From Spirochaetia bacterium (lineage in GTDB: Bacteria; Spirochaetota; Spirochaetia; SZUA-6; Bin103): 64,000 bases of DNA. Under the pieces are notes generated by a model. That model saw nothing but the letters and a program-made list of their open reading frames with translations. It was not told where the DNA came from and ran no database searches. The stretch covers positions 1,120,001-1,184,000 of the forward strand of contig CBDBOV010000005.1 of NCBI GenBank assembly GCA_965208575.1. The letters are read 5' to 3'. Both the position numbers and the translations under genes were made by a program. Below are positions 19,645 to 29,414 of this stretch, in pieces (position 1 is the stretch's first letter; each line of letters starts with the position of its first letter).

Positions 19645-20116
19645 GCCGTCCGCGGGGCGGCCCGTCGACGTGGGGCCGGTGGCGGCGTTCCCCGACGGCA
19701 GCATTCGGCCCGTGGTGGTCGGGAGGCGCTCCTTGGTGGTGGTGCACCACGCCGGGTGCTGGCACGCGCTGCGCGACCGCTGCCCGCACCAGGGCGCACC
19801 GCTGTCCCGCGGACGCATCGTCGAACAGGCGTGCGCGCACCTCGAACAAGGGCGTCCGGTATTCGGAGCCGCGGTGCCTGCCCTGCAGTGCCCCTGGCAC
19901 GGCTGGTCGTTCCTGCTTGCCGACGGCATGCATGCCACGGGCGGCATACATGCCAAGGGCGGCATACATGCCACGGGCACCTCCGCGGCAACGGCCACGG
20001 CGCGCGTGCGCAGCTATCCGGTGCGCGTCGTCGCCGGCCGCGTCACGATCGAAATGCAGGATGGCACCGATCGCCACCCCCGACGAGCGACTGATCGCAA
20101 AGGAGCAGATCGATGA
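19637..20116 (+). CDS. Rieske 2Fe-2S ferredoxin
   Basis: CPHQGAPL and CPWHGW motifs. Confidence 0.88.
   Translation: MPEPSAGRPVDVGPVAAFPDGSIRPVVVGRRSLVVVHHAGCWHALRDRCPHQGAPLSRGRIVEQACAHLEQGRPVFGAAVPALQCPWHGWSFLLADGMHATGGIHAKGGIHATGTSAATATARVRSYPVRVVAGRVTIEMQDGTDRHPRRATDRKGADR
19925..19978 (+). repeat. In-frame 18-bp tandem repeat x3 (G[MI]HA[TK]G)
   Basis: GGCATRCATGCCAMGGGC x3, read directly. Confidence 0.9.
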
Positions 20117-21522
20117 ACAGCTACCAACCCACGTGGTCGTCTCTGGCCACCCACCCCACGCCGCGGTGGTTCCTGGACGCCAAGTTCGGCATCTACACGC
20201 ACTGGGGCCCCTACTCGGTCGCCGCCTACGGCGCCAACGGCACCTGGTACCCCAAGCAGATGTACAATCCCGAACGGCCCGAGTATCGCTACCACTGCGA
20301 GACCTTCGGGCCCCCGGAGCAGGTCGGCTACAAGGAACTGATCGCCCGCTTCACCGCCGACAAGTTCGATGCCGACGAGTGGGCGGAACTGTTTGCCGCC
20401 TCCGGAGCGCGCTTTGCCGGTCCGGTGGCCGAGCACCACGACGGCTTCTCGATGTGGGATTCCGGGATCAACGGTTGGAATGCCGCCCGCATGGGGCCGA
20501 AGCGGGATGTGACCGGCGAACTGGCGGCGGCAATCAGGAGCCGGGGAATGAAGTTCGCCGCCACCTTCCACCACGCCCAGAACTGGTACATGTTTCCTAC
20601 CGACGACCAGCGTTACGACTGCTCCGACTCCCGCTACCGTGACCTGTACACCGGCCCGCACGCCGCCGACGCGCGTCCTGACGATTGGTTCCTCGACCGC
20701 TGGGAGGGCAAGCTGTACGAGGTGGTGGACGGCTATCGGCCTGACCTGATCTGGTTCGACTTCGGGCTCGGCTTCATTCGCGAACAGCGCCGCAAGCGGT
20801 TCCTGGCCTACTACTACAACAAGGAACGGGAGTGGGGCAGCGGCGTTGTGGTGACCTTCAAGGAGATTCCCAAGGGCTGGTTCAACCTGCCGCCGATGAC
20901 CGGGGTGGCAGACCTGGAGCTGGGCCGAATGTGGGAGCTGACCAACCACGTCTGGCTGACCGACACGACCGTGGACGCGCACGGCGTGTGGTCATACGTC
21001 AAGGACGCCGGCTACAAGTCGGTCGAGCGTCTCATCCACAACCTCGTGGACCGGGTCAGCAAGAACGGGCATCTGCTGTTGAACGTAGGGCCGCGCCCCG
21101 ACGGCACCATTCCCGAACAGGCTGCCGACTGCCTGCGCGGCATGGGACGCTGGCTGGAGATCAACGGCGAAGCGATCTACGGCACCACTCCCTGGGTGTC
21201 GTTCGGCGAAGGGCCTACCCAGCGGGAGGGGAGCGGCCACTTCACCGAGAAGAGCGAGCCGCGCTTCACGGCCGAGGACATCCGCTTCACGACCAGGGGC
21301 GACGCGGTGTACGCGATCTGCCTCGGCCGCCCCGGCGACGCCATCACCATCAAGGCGCTGCGCCTGTTCTACGATGACGAGGTGGCCGCCGTGACCGCGC
21401 TTGGCGTCCCCGGAGCGCTGAAGTGGCGCCGCACCGACGCGGGAATGACCATCGAGGTGCCGCGCCGCCTGCGGGGAGAGCACGCCTTCACCTTCAAGGT
21501 GCAACTCGCGCCCGCAGCCTGA
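20113..21522 (+). CDS. Alpha-L-fucosidase (GH29)
   Basis: P.WF.DAKFGIY.HWG.YSV, AEHHDGF, PDLIWFD and SKNG.LLLNVGP. Confidence 0.94.
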   Translation: MNSYQPTWSSLATHPTPRWFLDAKFGIYTHWGPYSVAAYGANGTWYPKQMYNPERPEYRYHCETFGPPEQVGYKELIARFTADKFDADEWAELFAASGARFAGPVAEHHDGFSMWDSGINGWNAARMGPKRDVTGELAAAIRSRGMKFAATFHHAQNWYMFPTDDQRYDCSDSRYRDLYTGPHAADARPDDWFLDRWEGKLYEVVDGYRPDLIWFDFGLGFIREQRRKRFLAYYYNKEREWGSGVVVTFKEIPKGWFNLPPMTGVADLELGRMWELTNHVWLTDTTVDAHGVWSYVKDAGYKSVERLIHNLVDRVSKNGHLLLNVGPRPDGTIPEQAADCLRGMGRWLEINGEAIYGTTPWVSFGEGPTQREGSGHFTEKSEPRFTAEDIRFTTRGDAVYAICLGRPGDAITIKALRLFYDDEVAAVTALGVPGALKWRRTDAGMTIEVPRRLRGEHAFTFKVQLAPAA

Positions 21523-21587
21523 ACCCCGCCGCGATACCGCCCGATCCAGCGGGCGGCACGTACGACAGCGCCCATCCCCCTGAAGGC

Positions 21588-21644
21588 AAAAAAAACCGCC
21601 GGCGCGCTCTCTCGCTCTCGTGAGTCGAGAGAACGGGCCGGCGG
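21588..21644 (-). terminator. Rho-independent terminator of the giant repeat gene
   Basis: Long GC hairpin (CCGCCGGC...GCCGGCGG) followed by a T-run on the minus strand. Confidence 0.75.
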
Positions 21645-21667
21645 CGTAGCCGCGCCGGCTGTGCCGC

Positions 21668-24600
21668 TTACGGCGCGGCTACGTACACCTGCGTGAACTC
21701 CACCGGACCGTGGAGGGTGCGCAGTGCGATCGTGTCGCCGCCGCGCACTCCCGTGCCGACGCTGACGGTGAGATGTTCCTCGCCGTTGACCAGGAGGGTC
21801 GTCATGCCGGTGTCGCGGTAGAGTGCCTCCACGTTGATCATCGAGGAGAGGCCATGCGGGATCCTGCTGCTCGCGAGCCACATCAGCGTGTTGTCGTCCG
21901 CCGACTCGTAGAACTGCAGGTGCAGATCCTCGGAGTCGTAGAACGGATCCTGGGTCACCCACAGCAGATAGGACGTGCCGTAGTTCCAGGTATTCCCTGA
22001 ATCCGGGGTAGCCGAGGCCAGAATGTGCAGTCCGAATCCAACCTTGCTTCCGCCGTCGGCGTTGGCCGAGAACCCGAACAGCAACGTGTCCGCCGACTGG
22101 CCCGCCGGAATAGAGAACTTGGCGTGGGTCGAGTCGGCGTCGGTCTGAACGATCGATCCACCCCGAGAATCCCACGTTCCTTCGCCCGGAAGCGCCTCAC
22201 CGCCGGCAAAACCGTTCACCACGAAGTTGCCGGTTCGGATCAGGTTGTCGCGGGCAAGTTCGCCGCGCGTGCGCACGTCCCAACCGTCGTCGCTCGCCGC
22301 CACCATCACCTGGCCGTCGGCGCCGCGTGTCAGCGTCAGGGTATGGGCACGGCCCTCGATCCCGACGTTGGAGATGACCAGCTTGTCATCCTGGAGAGTC
22401 GGTTGCGCCGCATCGAGCTGCAACGAGTCGGCAACCAGGTTGGCCCCCTCGAACAGCGCCGTTGCCGTTGCCGTGCCGGCGTCGTAGCGAATTCGCGCCG
22501 ACACCGGGGCGCCGGCATACTGGATTCCGGAAATGTAGACCTCGTTTGGCCCGGCGGCCGACAGGGACGCCGCTTCAAGATCAAGCAGACCGACGTTCAG
22601 GCCAGGCAGGGTCGACCCTTCCATGAGAGCGGCGATTTCCGTCTCCAGCGCCATCGCACGGCTCTCGGCCATGCCCAGCGCATCGTTTGCCGCGTCCAGC
22701 TCGCTGTTTGCCGCGGCCAGCGCGTTGTTCGCCGCCGCCAGCGCCAGGCGCGCTGCTTCGGCGTCGGCATTCGCCGCATCGAGTTCCTGCTTCTGCGCGG
22801 CGAGCTCGGTCAGTGCCGCGGACAGCTCCGCTCGGGCATCGGCCAGGTCCGCGCGCGCATCGGCCAACAGGGCTTCAGGCTTCGTCGGCAGGTTCACGCG
22901 GCTCAGGCCGGATACCTGCAACTGCCCGTCCCCGGTGTACTGCAGCGTTCCGGAGTACCCGGCGCCGCCAACACCGACGTTGGAGACCCGGAACGAGTCC
23001 GGCGCCTCGAACGCTACCGTGGTCTGTGAGAGGTCGACCGAGTCGGGAATCAACTTGCCGACCGGCCCGAACACGTACTGCACGGTGGCGCTCGTGCCGC
23101 CCGCGTACTTGAGCAGGGCGGAGTAGGGCTGACCATCGTACATGATGTTCGAGACGTAGATGGCGTCGGGTCCGGCCAGCGAAACCTGCGCGCTGCCGAA
23201 GTCGGCAAGACCGGCATCGAGCTGAGAGAAGGCGACCTGCACCGCCGAAGGCTGATGCATCGCCATCTTCATCGCGTCCATCTCGGCTTCCGCCGCCGCG
23301 GCGCGCGCCATCGCGGCGTCTACCTTGGCATCGGCGTCGGCCATGGCCGCGCTCACCATTTCGTCCGCGGCGGCCTTGACATCGCTGACCATCTGGTCCG
23401 CTTCGGCCATGGCCGCGCTCACCGCGGCATCGGCGTCGGCCATGGCGGCGCTGACCATCCGGTCCGCATCGGCCATCGCCGCATCGATCGCCGCGGCGGC
23501 CTTCTCGGCCTCGGTCGGCGGCAGGGTGACGCGGCGAATGCCGGTCACCTGCAACTGCCCGTTGCCGGTGTATTGCAGCGTGCCGGAGTAGCCGACGCCG
23601 CCCACGTTGACGTTGGAGACCGCGAAGGAATCGGGCGATACGAAGGCGACCGTGGTCTGCGACAGTCCGACCGCATCGGGAATCAGCTTGCCGGCTGCCC
23701 CGTACACGCCGAGCACGGTAGCGGTGGTGCCGCCCTCGTACTTGACCAGCGCCGAATAGGGCTGCCCGTCGTACATGATCGACGAGATGTAGATCCTGTC
23801 CGGGCCGGCGAGCGACGCCTGTGCGTTGTCGAAGTTCGCCAGCGCGGCGTCCAGGCTGCCGAACGAGATCATCACGTCGGATGCCTGGCGCATGGCCATC
23901 TTCATGGCTTCCAGTTCGGCGCGCGCCGCATCCGCTTCCGCCCTGGCGTCGGCCACCCTGGCATCGGCGTCCGCCATCGCGGCGGCCACTTCCGCGGCGG
24001 CGTCGGCCATCGCCGCGCTCACCATTTCCTCGGCTTCGGCCTTGGCGTCGCTCACCATCCGAGCGGCGTCGGCCTTGGCCGCCTCGATGGCGGCGTCGGC
24101 CATCTCCGCCTCGGTCGGCGGGAGCGTGACGCGGCGGATGCCGGTCACCTGCAGTTGTCCGTTGCCGGTGTACTGCAGCGTGCCCGAGTACCCGTTGCCG
24201 CCGACCGACACGTTCGACACCGCGAACGTGTCAGGAGAGCGGAAGGAGATTTCGGTCTGTGCCAGACTCACCGAATCGGGAATCAGCTTGCCGTCCGGTC
24301 CGAACACCTGCTTCACGACGGCGGTGGTGCCGCCGGCGTATGCGAGCAGGGCCGAGTAGGGCCGTCCGGCGTACATGATGTTGGAGACGTAGATGGCGTC
24401 GGGTCCGGCCAGCGACGCGACGGCGTTGCCGAAGTCCACCAGGCTGGCGTCCAGGTCGGCAAACGAGACCATCACCTCGGACGCCTGATGCATCGCCATC
24501 TTCATCGCGTCGAGTTCCGCGTTGGCCATGTCCGCGGCATCCTGCGCGGCGTCGGCAGCGGCCTGCGCCGCGTTGGCCTCGGCCTGTGCCGCTTCAAGGG

Positions 24601-27600
24601 CGGTCTGCGCGGCCTGCAGTTCGGATTCCAGAGACGCAATCTGCTCGCCCTTTGCGCTGGCGTCGGCAAGGGCGGCTTCGAGTTCCGCCTTGGCGTCGGC
24701 CAGCATGTCCATCGTGGTCGGCGGCAGTTGCACCTGGCGAATGCCGGTGACCTGCAGCTTGCCGTTGCCGGCGTACTCCAGGGTACCGGAATAGCCGGCT
24801 CCGCCCACGGAGACGTTGGACACCTCCCAGGCGTTCGGCGCCACGAAGACCAGCTCCGTCTGCGACAGATCCACGGAGTCAGGGATCACCTTGCCGCTGC
24901 TGCCGAATACGTGGCTGACCTCGGCGGTGGTGCCGCCGGTGTAGCGCAGCAGCGCCGAGTAGTTTTGGCCGTCATACATGATCGACGACACGTACACGGA
25001 ATCGGGCCCCGCAAGGGAAACCCGGGCGCCGGCGAAGCTGGCGCGGCTCGGATCGATCTGGCTGTCCGAGATCATGATCGCGGACGGCTGGAACGCGGCG
25101 GCGATCATGGCGGCGAGTTCATCGCCGGCCATGTCCGCTTCCGCCTGCGCCTCATCGGCAGCGGCTTGCGCGGCGGACGCCATGTTGTTGGCGGCCTCCA
25201 GATCCGCTGCCAGGGAAGCGATCTCCTCGCCCTGCGCGCTGTTCTCCGCTTGCGCGGCTGCCAACGCCGCCTGTACTTCAGCGAGCGCGGCCTGCGCCTC
25301 CTCCAGTGCGGTAGGCGGCAACTCCACCATGCGGATGCCGGTGACCTGCAGCGTGCCGTCGCCGGCGTACTCCAGCGTGCCGGAGTAGCCGACCCCGCCC
25401 ACGGAGACGTTGGACACCTCCCAGGCGTTCGGCGCCATGAACACCATCTCGGTTTGCGACAGGTCGACGGAGTCCGGGATCAGCTTGCCGCTGCTGCCGA
25501 ACACCTGCCGGACTTCGGCGGTGGTGCCGCCGGTGTAGCGCAGCAGTGCCGAGTAGCGCTGCCCGTCATACAGGATCGACGATACGTACACCGAATCGGG
25601 ACCAGCGACCGCCACCCGGGCGTCGGCGAAGCTCGCCTTGCTCGGGTCGATCTGGCCGTCCGAGATCATCACCGCGGATGGTTGGAAGGCGTCCGCCATC
25701 ATCGCTTCAAGCTCGGCCTGGGCCATGTCGGCGTCCGCCATCGACATGGCGGCGCTCGCCTGCGCGTCGTCGGCCATCGCCTGCGCGTCGGCGAGATCCG
25801 CCTCCAGCGCGGCGTTGTCCGCCGCAAGGGCGTCGTTGTCCGCCTGCGCGGCGGCCAGCGCCGCCTCGACCTCGGCCAGAGCGGCCTGCGCCTCTTCCAG
25901 CGCGGTAGGCGGCAACTCCACCATGCGGATGCCGGTGACCTGCAGCGTGCCGTCGCCGGTGTAGGCGAGCGTGCCGGAGTAGCCGGACCCGCCTACCGAG
26001 ACGTTGGACACCTCCCATGCGTTGGGAGATACGAACACCAGCTCGGTCTGCGACAGGTCCACGGAGTCGGGAATCAGTTTCCCTGCGGAGCCGTAGATCT
26101 GCTTCACCTCGGCGGTGGTGCCGCCGGTGTAGCGCAGCAGTGCCGAGTAGCGCTGCCCGTCGTACATGATCGAAGACACGTACACGGAGTCGGGGCCTGC
26201 GACCGCCACCCGGGCGTCGGCGAAGCTCGCCTTGCTCGGGTCGATCTGGCCGTCCGAGATCATCACCGCGGACGGTTGGAAGGCGTCCGCCATCATCGCT
26301 TCGAGCTCGGCCTGGGCCATGTCGGCGTCCGCCATCGACATCGCCGCGCTCGCCTGCGCGTCGTCGGCCATCGCCTGCGCGTCGGCAAGATCCGCCTCAA
26401 GAGCGTCGTTGGCGGCCTGCGCGGCGGCCAGCGCCGCCTCGACCTCGGCCAGAGCGGCCTGCGCCTCTTCCAGCGCGGTAGGCGGCAACTCCACCATGCG
26501 GATGCCGGTGACCTGCAGCGTGCCGTCGCCGGTGTAGGCGAGCGTGCCGGAGTAGCCGGACCCGCCTACCGAGACGTTGGACACCTCCCATGCGTTGGGA
26601 GATACGAACACCAGCTCGGTCTGCGACAGGTCCACGGAGTCGGGAATCAGTTTCCCTGCGGAGCCGTAGATCTGCTTCACCTCGGCGGTGGTGCCGCCGG
26701 TGTAGCGCAGCAGTGCCGAGTAGCGCTGCCCGTCGTACATGATCGAAGACACGTACACGGAGTCGGGGCCTGCGACCGCCACCCGGGCGTCGGCGAAGCT
26801 CGCCTTGCTCGGGTCGATCTGGCCGTCCGAGATCATCACCGCGGACGGTTGGAAGGCGTCCGCCATCATCGCTTCGAGCTCGGCCTGGGCCATGTCGGCG
26901 TCCGCCATCGACATCGCCGCGCTCGCCTGCGCGTCGTCGGCCATCGCCTGCGCGTCGGCAAGATCCGCCTCAAGAGCGTCGTTGGCGGCCTGCGCGGCGG
27001 CCAGCGCCGCCTCGACCTCGGCCAGAGCGGCCTGCGCCTCCTCCAGCGCGGTAGGCGGCAGCTCAACCATGCGAATGCCGGTGACCTGCAGCGTGCCGTC
27101 GCCGGTGTAGGCGAGCGTGCCGGAGTAGCCGGACCCGCCTACCGAGACGTTGGACACCTCCCATGCGTTGGGAGATACGAACACCAGCTCGGTCTGCGAC
27201 AGGTCCACGGAGTCGGGAATGAGCTTCCCTGCCGAGCCGTAGATCTGCTGCACCTCGGCGGTGGTGCCGCCGGTGTACTTGAGCAGCGCCGAGTAGCGCT
27301 GGCCGTCGTACAGGATCGAAGACACGTACACGGAGTCGGGGCCGGCTACCGCCACCCGGGCGTCGGCGAAGCTCGCCTTGCTCGGGTCGATCTGGCCGTC
27401 CGAGATCATCACCGCGGACGGTTGATACGCGTCGGCCATCATCGCGTCGATGGTGGCCTTGGCCTCGGCCGCCATGGAGTGCCCCTCGTCGGCGCTGAAC
27501 TGAGCGGCCTGCAAATCTGCCTCAAGAGAGGCCACGTCACCTTCGAGCGACGCTACCTGGTCGCTCATCGCGGCGTTGTCCGCCTGCGACGCCGCCAGCG

Positions 27601-29140
27601 CGGCTTCCACCCGGGCCAGCGCGGCCTGCGCCTCGCCCAGGGCGTCGGCCGGCAGTTCGACCTGGCGGATGCCGGTCACCTGCAGCTTGCCGTCGCCGGC
27701 GTACGCCAGCGTACCGGAGTAACCGACGCCGCCAACGGACACGTTGGACACCTGCAGGCTGTTGGGCGCCACGAACGTCAACTCGGTCTGCGAAAGATCG
27801 ACGGAGTCGGGAATCAGCTTCCCGGCGCTGCCGTACACCTGCCTGACCTCGGCGGTGGTGCCGCCGGTGTACTTGAGCAGGGCGGAAAAGCTCTGCCCGC
27901 CATACTTGATCGAAGTGATGTACACGGAGTCGGGACCGGCAACGGCGACGCGGGCGTCGGCCAGGCTGCCGAGGCTCGGATCGAGCTGATCCTCCGCAAC
28001 CATGACCGCCGAAGGCTGGAATGCGTCGGCCATCATGGCCTCAAGAGCGGCTCGGGCCGCCGCGGCGTCGGTCTCCGCCACCCACTGCGCGACGCCGGCG
28101 TCCTCGGCCATGATTTCCGCTTCCGATCTGGCCAACTGGGCGGCGTTCCGCTCCGCGCGCGCCGCTTCCGCGTCGGCCATGGCAGCCTCGGCCTCGGCGC
28201 GGGCATCGCCGGCGGCAACGTCCGCCTGCAGCACCAGCGCTTCGGCAGCGGCCAACTCGGCGCGCAGCGCGGCGATCTGTTCGTCCGCGGTGGGCGGGAG
28301 CACGACGCTGCGCAGGCCGGTGACCTGCAGCTTGTTGCCGCCCACGTACGTCAACTCGCCGGAGTACCCCGCCGAGCCGACGGCGACGTCCGCCACCATC
28401 AGCTTGTCAGGACCCCGGAACACCAGCCTGGTTCGGCTCAGGTCGACGGAGTCGGGAATCATCTTGCCGCGGGCGCCGAAGATGGCCGCCACCGTGGCGG
28501 TGGTGCCGCCGGAGTACTCGAGCAGGGCCGAATAGGTCTGCCCGTCGTACATGATCGACGACAAGTAAATCGAATCCGGACCGGCCAGCGAGGCTTGCGC
28601 GGCGCTGATGTCGAGCAGGGCAGGGTCGAACTGATCCGCCGACACCATCACCTCGGCGGGATGGGGAGCCATCGCCATCATCAGCTTGTCGGAGGCCGCA
28701 TCGGCTTCCGAACGCGCCATTTCGGCGTCCTTCATGGCGCTCTCGGCGTCCGAGCGTGCCATTTCGGCATCCATCATGGCGCCTTCCGCTTCCGCGCGCG
28801 CCATGTCCGCCTCTTTCATCGCCGCTGCTGCCGCCGCCTCGGCCGCGGCCTGCGCCGCTGCCGCCGCCTCGGCGGCAGCCATCGACTCCTTGGCCTGGGC
28901 CATGGCCTGCTCGGCCTCGGCCTGCGCCGCGGCCAGCGCCGGGTCGGCGTGGTCGGCTGCTCGCAACGACGCACACGCTGTAGCCGCGACCGCACACGCC
29001 GATAACAGTAGTAGGCGCAGATGCTTGAGCTTGAGGCGCGGGCGGGTCGACTTCGGACGTGAGGGATTGTCGTCCATCTCGTCAACTGAACCGAATGAGT
29101 CCGTAGTGAGGGAAACGGTACCAAAGCTTATCTTGCGCAT
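21668..29140 (-). CDS. Giant (~2490 aa) repetitive putative lipoprotein/surface protein
   Basis: RBS GGAGGAGG before ATG 29140; hydrophobic stretch ending ATAC; 10 conserved plus 1 degenerate beta-rich domains separated by Ala/Met-rich coiled coils; unique C-terminal beta domain. Confidence 0.85.
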   Translation of the reverse strand: MRKISFGTVSLTTDSFGSVDEMDDNPSRPKSTRPRLKLKHLRLLLLSACAVAATACASLRAADHADPALAAAQAEAEQAMAQAKESMAAAEAAAAAQAAAEAAAAAAMKEADMARAEAEGAMMDAEMARSDAESAMKDAEMARSEADAASDKLMMAMAPHPAEVMVSADQFDPALLDISAAQASLAGPDSIYLSSIMYDGQTYSALLEYSGGTTATVAAIFGARGKMIPDSVDLSRTRLVFRGPDKLMVADVAVGSAGYSGELTYVGGNKLQVTGLRSVVLPPTADEQIAALRAELAAAEALVLQADVAAGDARAEAEAAMADAEAARAERNAAQLARSEAEIMAEDAGVAQWVAETDAAAARAALEAMMADAFQPSAVMVAEDQLDPSLGSLADARVAVAGPDSVYITSIKYGGQSFSALLKYTGGTTAEVRQVYGSAGKLIPDSVDLSQTELTFVAPNSLQVSNVSVGGVGYSGTLAYAGDGKLQVTGIRQVELPADALGEAQAALARVEAALAASQADNAAMSDQVASLEGDVASLEADLQAAQFSADEGHSMAAEAKATIDAMMADAYQPSAVMISDGQIDPSKASFADARVAVAGPDSVYVSSILYDGQRYSALLKYTGGTTAEVQQIYGSAGKLIPDSVDLSQTELVFVSPNAWEVSNVSVGGSGYSGTLAYTGDGTLQVTGIRMVELPPTALEEAQAALAEVEAALAAAQAANDALEADLADAQAMADDAQASAAMSMADADMAQAELEAMMADAFQPSAVMISDGQIDPSKASFADARVAVAGPDSVYVSSIMYDGQRYSALLRYTGGTTAEVKQIYGSAGKLIPDSVDLSQTELVFVSPNAWEVSNVSVGGSGYSGTLAYTGDGTLQVTGIRMVELPPTALEEAQAALAEVEAALAAAQAANDALEADLADAQAMADDAQASAAMSMADADMAQAELEAMMADAFQPSAVMISDGQIDPSKASFADARVAVAGPDSVYVSSIMYDGQRYSALLRYTGGTTAEVKQIYGSAGKLIPDSVDLSQTELVFVSPNAWEVSNVSVGGSGYSGTLAYTGDGTLQVTGIRMVELPPTALEEAQAALAEVEAALAAAQADNDALAADNAALEADLADAQAMADDAQASAAMSMADADMAQAELEAMMADAFQPSAVMISDGQIDPSKASFADARVAVAGPDSVYVSSILYDGQRYSALLRYTGGTTAEVRQVFGSSGKLIPDSVDLSQTEMVFMAPNAWEVSNVSVGGVGYSGTLEYAGDGTLQVTGIRMVELPPTALEEAQAALAEVQAALAAAQAENSAQGEEIASLAADLEAANNMASAAQAAADEAQAEADMAGDELAAMIAAAFQPSAIMISDSQIDPSRASFAGARVSLAGPDSVYVSSIMYDGQNYSALLRYTGGTTAEVSHVFGSSGKVIPDSVDLSQTELVFVAPNAWEVSNVSVGGAGYSGTLEYAGNGKLQVTGIRQVQLPPTTMDMLADAKAELEAALADASAKGEQIASLESELQAAQTALEAAQAEANAAQAAADAAQDAADMANAELDAMKMAMHQASEVMVSFADLDASLVDFGNAVASLAGPDAIYVSNIMYAGRPYSALLAYAGGTTAVVKQVFGPDGKLIPDSVSLAQTEISFRSPDTFAVSNVSVGGNGYSGTLQYTGNGQLQVTGIRRVTLPPTEAEMADAAIEAAKADAARMVSDAKAEAEEMVSAAMADAAAEVAAAMADADARVADARAEADAARAELEAMKMAMRQASDVMISFGSLDAALANFDNAQASLAGPDRIYISSIMYDGQPYSALVKYEGGTTATVLGVYGAAGKLIPDAVGLSQTTVAFVSPDSFAVSNVNVGGVGYSGTLQYTGNGQLQVTGIRRVTLPPTEAEKAAAAIDAAMADADRMVSAAMADADAAVSAAMAEADQMVSDVKAAADEMVSAAMADADAKVDAAMARAAAAEAEMDAMKMAMHQPSAVQVAFSQLDAGLADFGSAQVSLAGPDAIYVSNIMYDGQPYSALLKYAGGTSATVQYVFGPVGKLIPDSVDLSQTTVAFEAPDSFRVSNVGVGGAGYSGTLQYTGDGQLQVSGLSRVNLPTKPEALLADARADLADARAELSAALTELAAQKQELDAANADAEAARLALAAANNALAAANSELDAANDALGMAESRAMALETEIAALMEGSTLPGLNVGLLDLEAASLSAAGPNEVYISGIQYAGAPVSARIRYDAGTATATALFEGANLVADSLQLDAAQPTLQDDKLVISNVGIEGRAHTLTLTRGADGQVMVAASDDGWDVRTRGELARDNLIRTGNFVVNGFAGGEALPGEGTWDSRGGSIVQTDADSTHAKFSIPAGQSADTLLFGFSANADGGSKVGFGLHILASATPDSGNTWNYGTSYLLWVTQDPFYDSEDLHLQFYESADDNTLMWLASSRIPHGLSSMINVEALYRDTGMTTLLVNGEEHLTVSVGTGVRGGDTIALRTLHGPVEFTQVYVAAP
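25820..27420 (-). repeat. Near-identical 573-bp intragenic tandem repeats (~3 units)
   Basis: The same sequence recurs at a 573-bp offset (e.g. 26166 vs 26739); boundaries approximate. Confidence 0.9.
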
Positions 29141-29307
29141 TTGCTCCTCCTCCGTAGTTTGGCGCCGCGCACCGCCGTAACCCGCGCCCACGCCGTGCCG
29201 GAGAATATATTGTTGTCTAGCTTGAACGATAGCGGCGGGCGTGTCCACTACTTTCGAACGGGCACGACACCGGCACTATCGCACAAGCGTGCGATCTATC
29301 CTGCGCT

Positions 29308-29336
29308 ATAATCCCAAACGCGCGGGCGTCTGTCAA
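29308..29336 (-). promoter_or_regulatory. Putative sigma70 promoter of the giant gene
   Basis: TTGACA-N17-GATTAT on the minus strand. Confidence 0.5.
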
Positions 29337-29414
29337 ACACGAATCGAGACACGGGTCGGCGCGGCCCCGGATCGGCTCCGTCGAGCCGTCACTCGGGTGC
29401 CGAAACCCCCGTTC

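Noticed and set aside
25820-27420. Long direct repeats as a possible CRISPR array or DGR template/variable repeat
   Set aside because: 573-bp in-frame coding units with no spacers; no cas or reverse transcriptase gene and no adenine-specific variation seen
23255-29005. 1916-aa plus-strand ORF
   Set aside because: Antisense shadow of the giant GC-rich repeat gene; Arg/Gly/His-rich with no motifs
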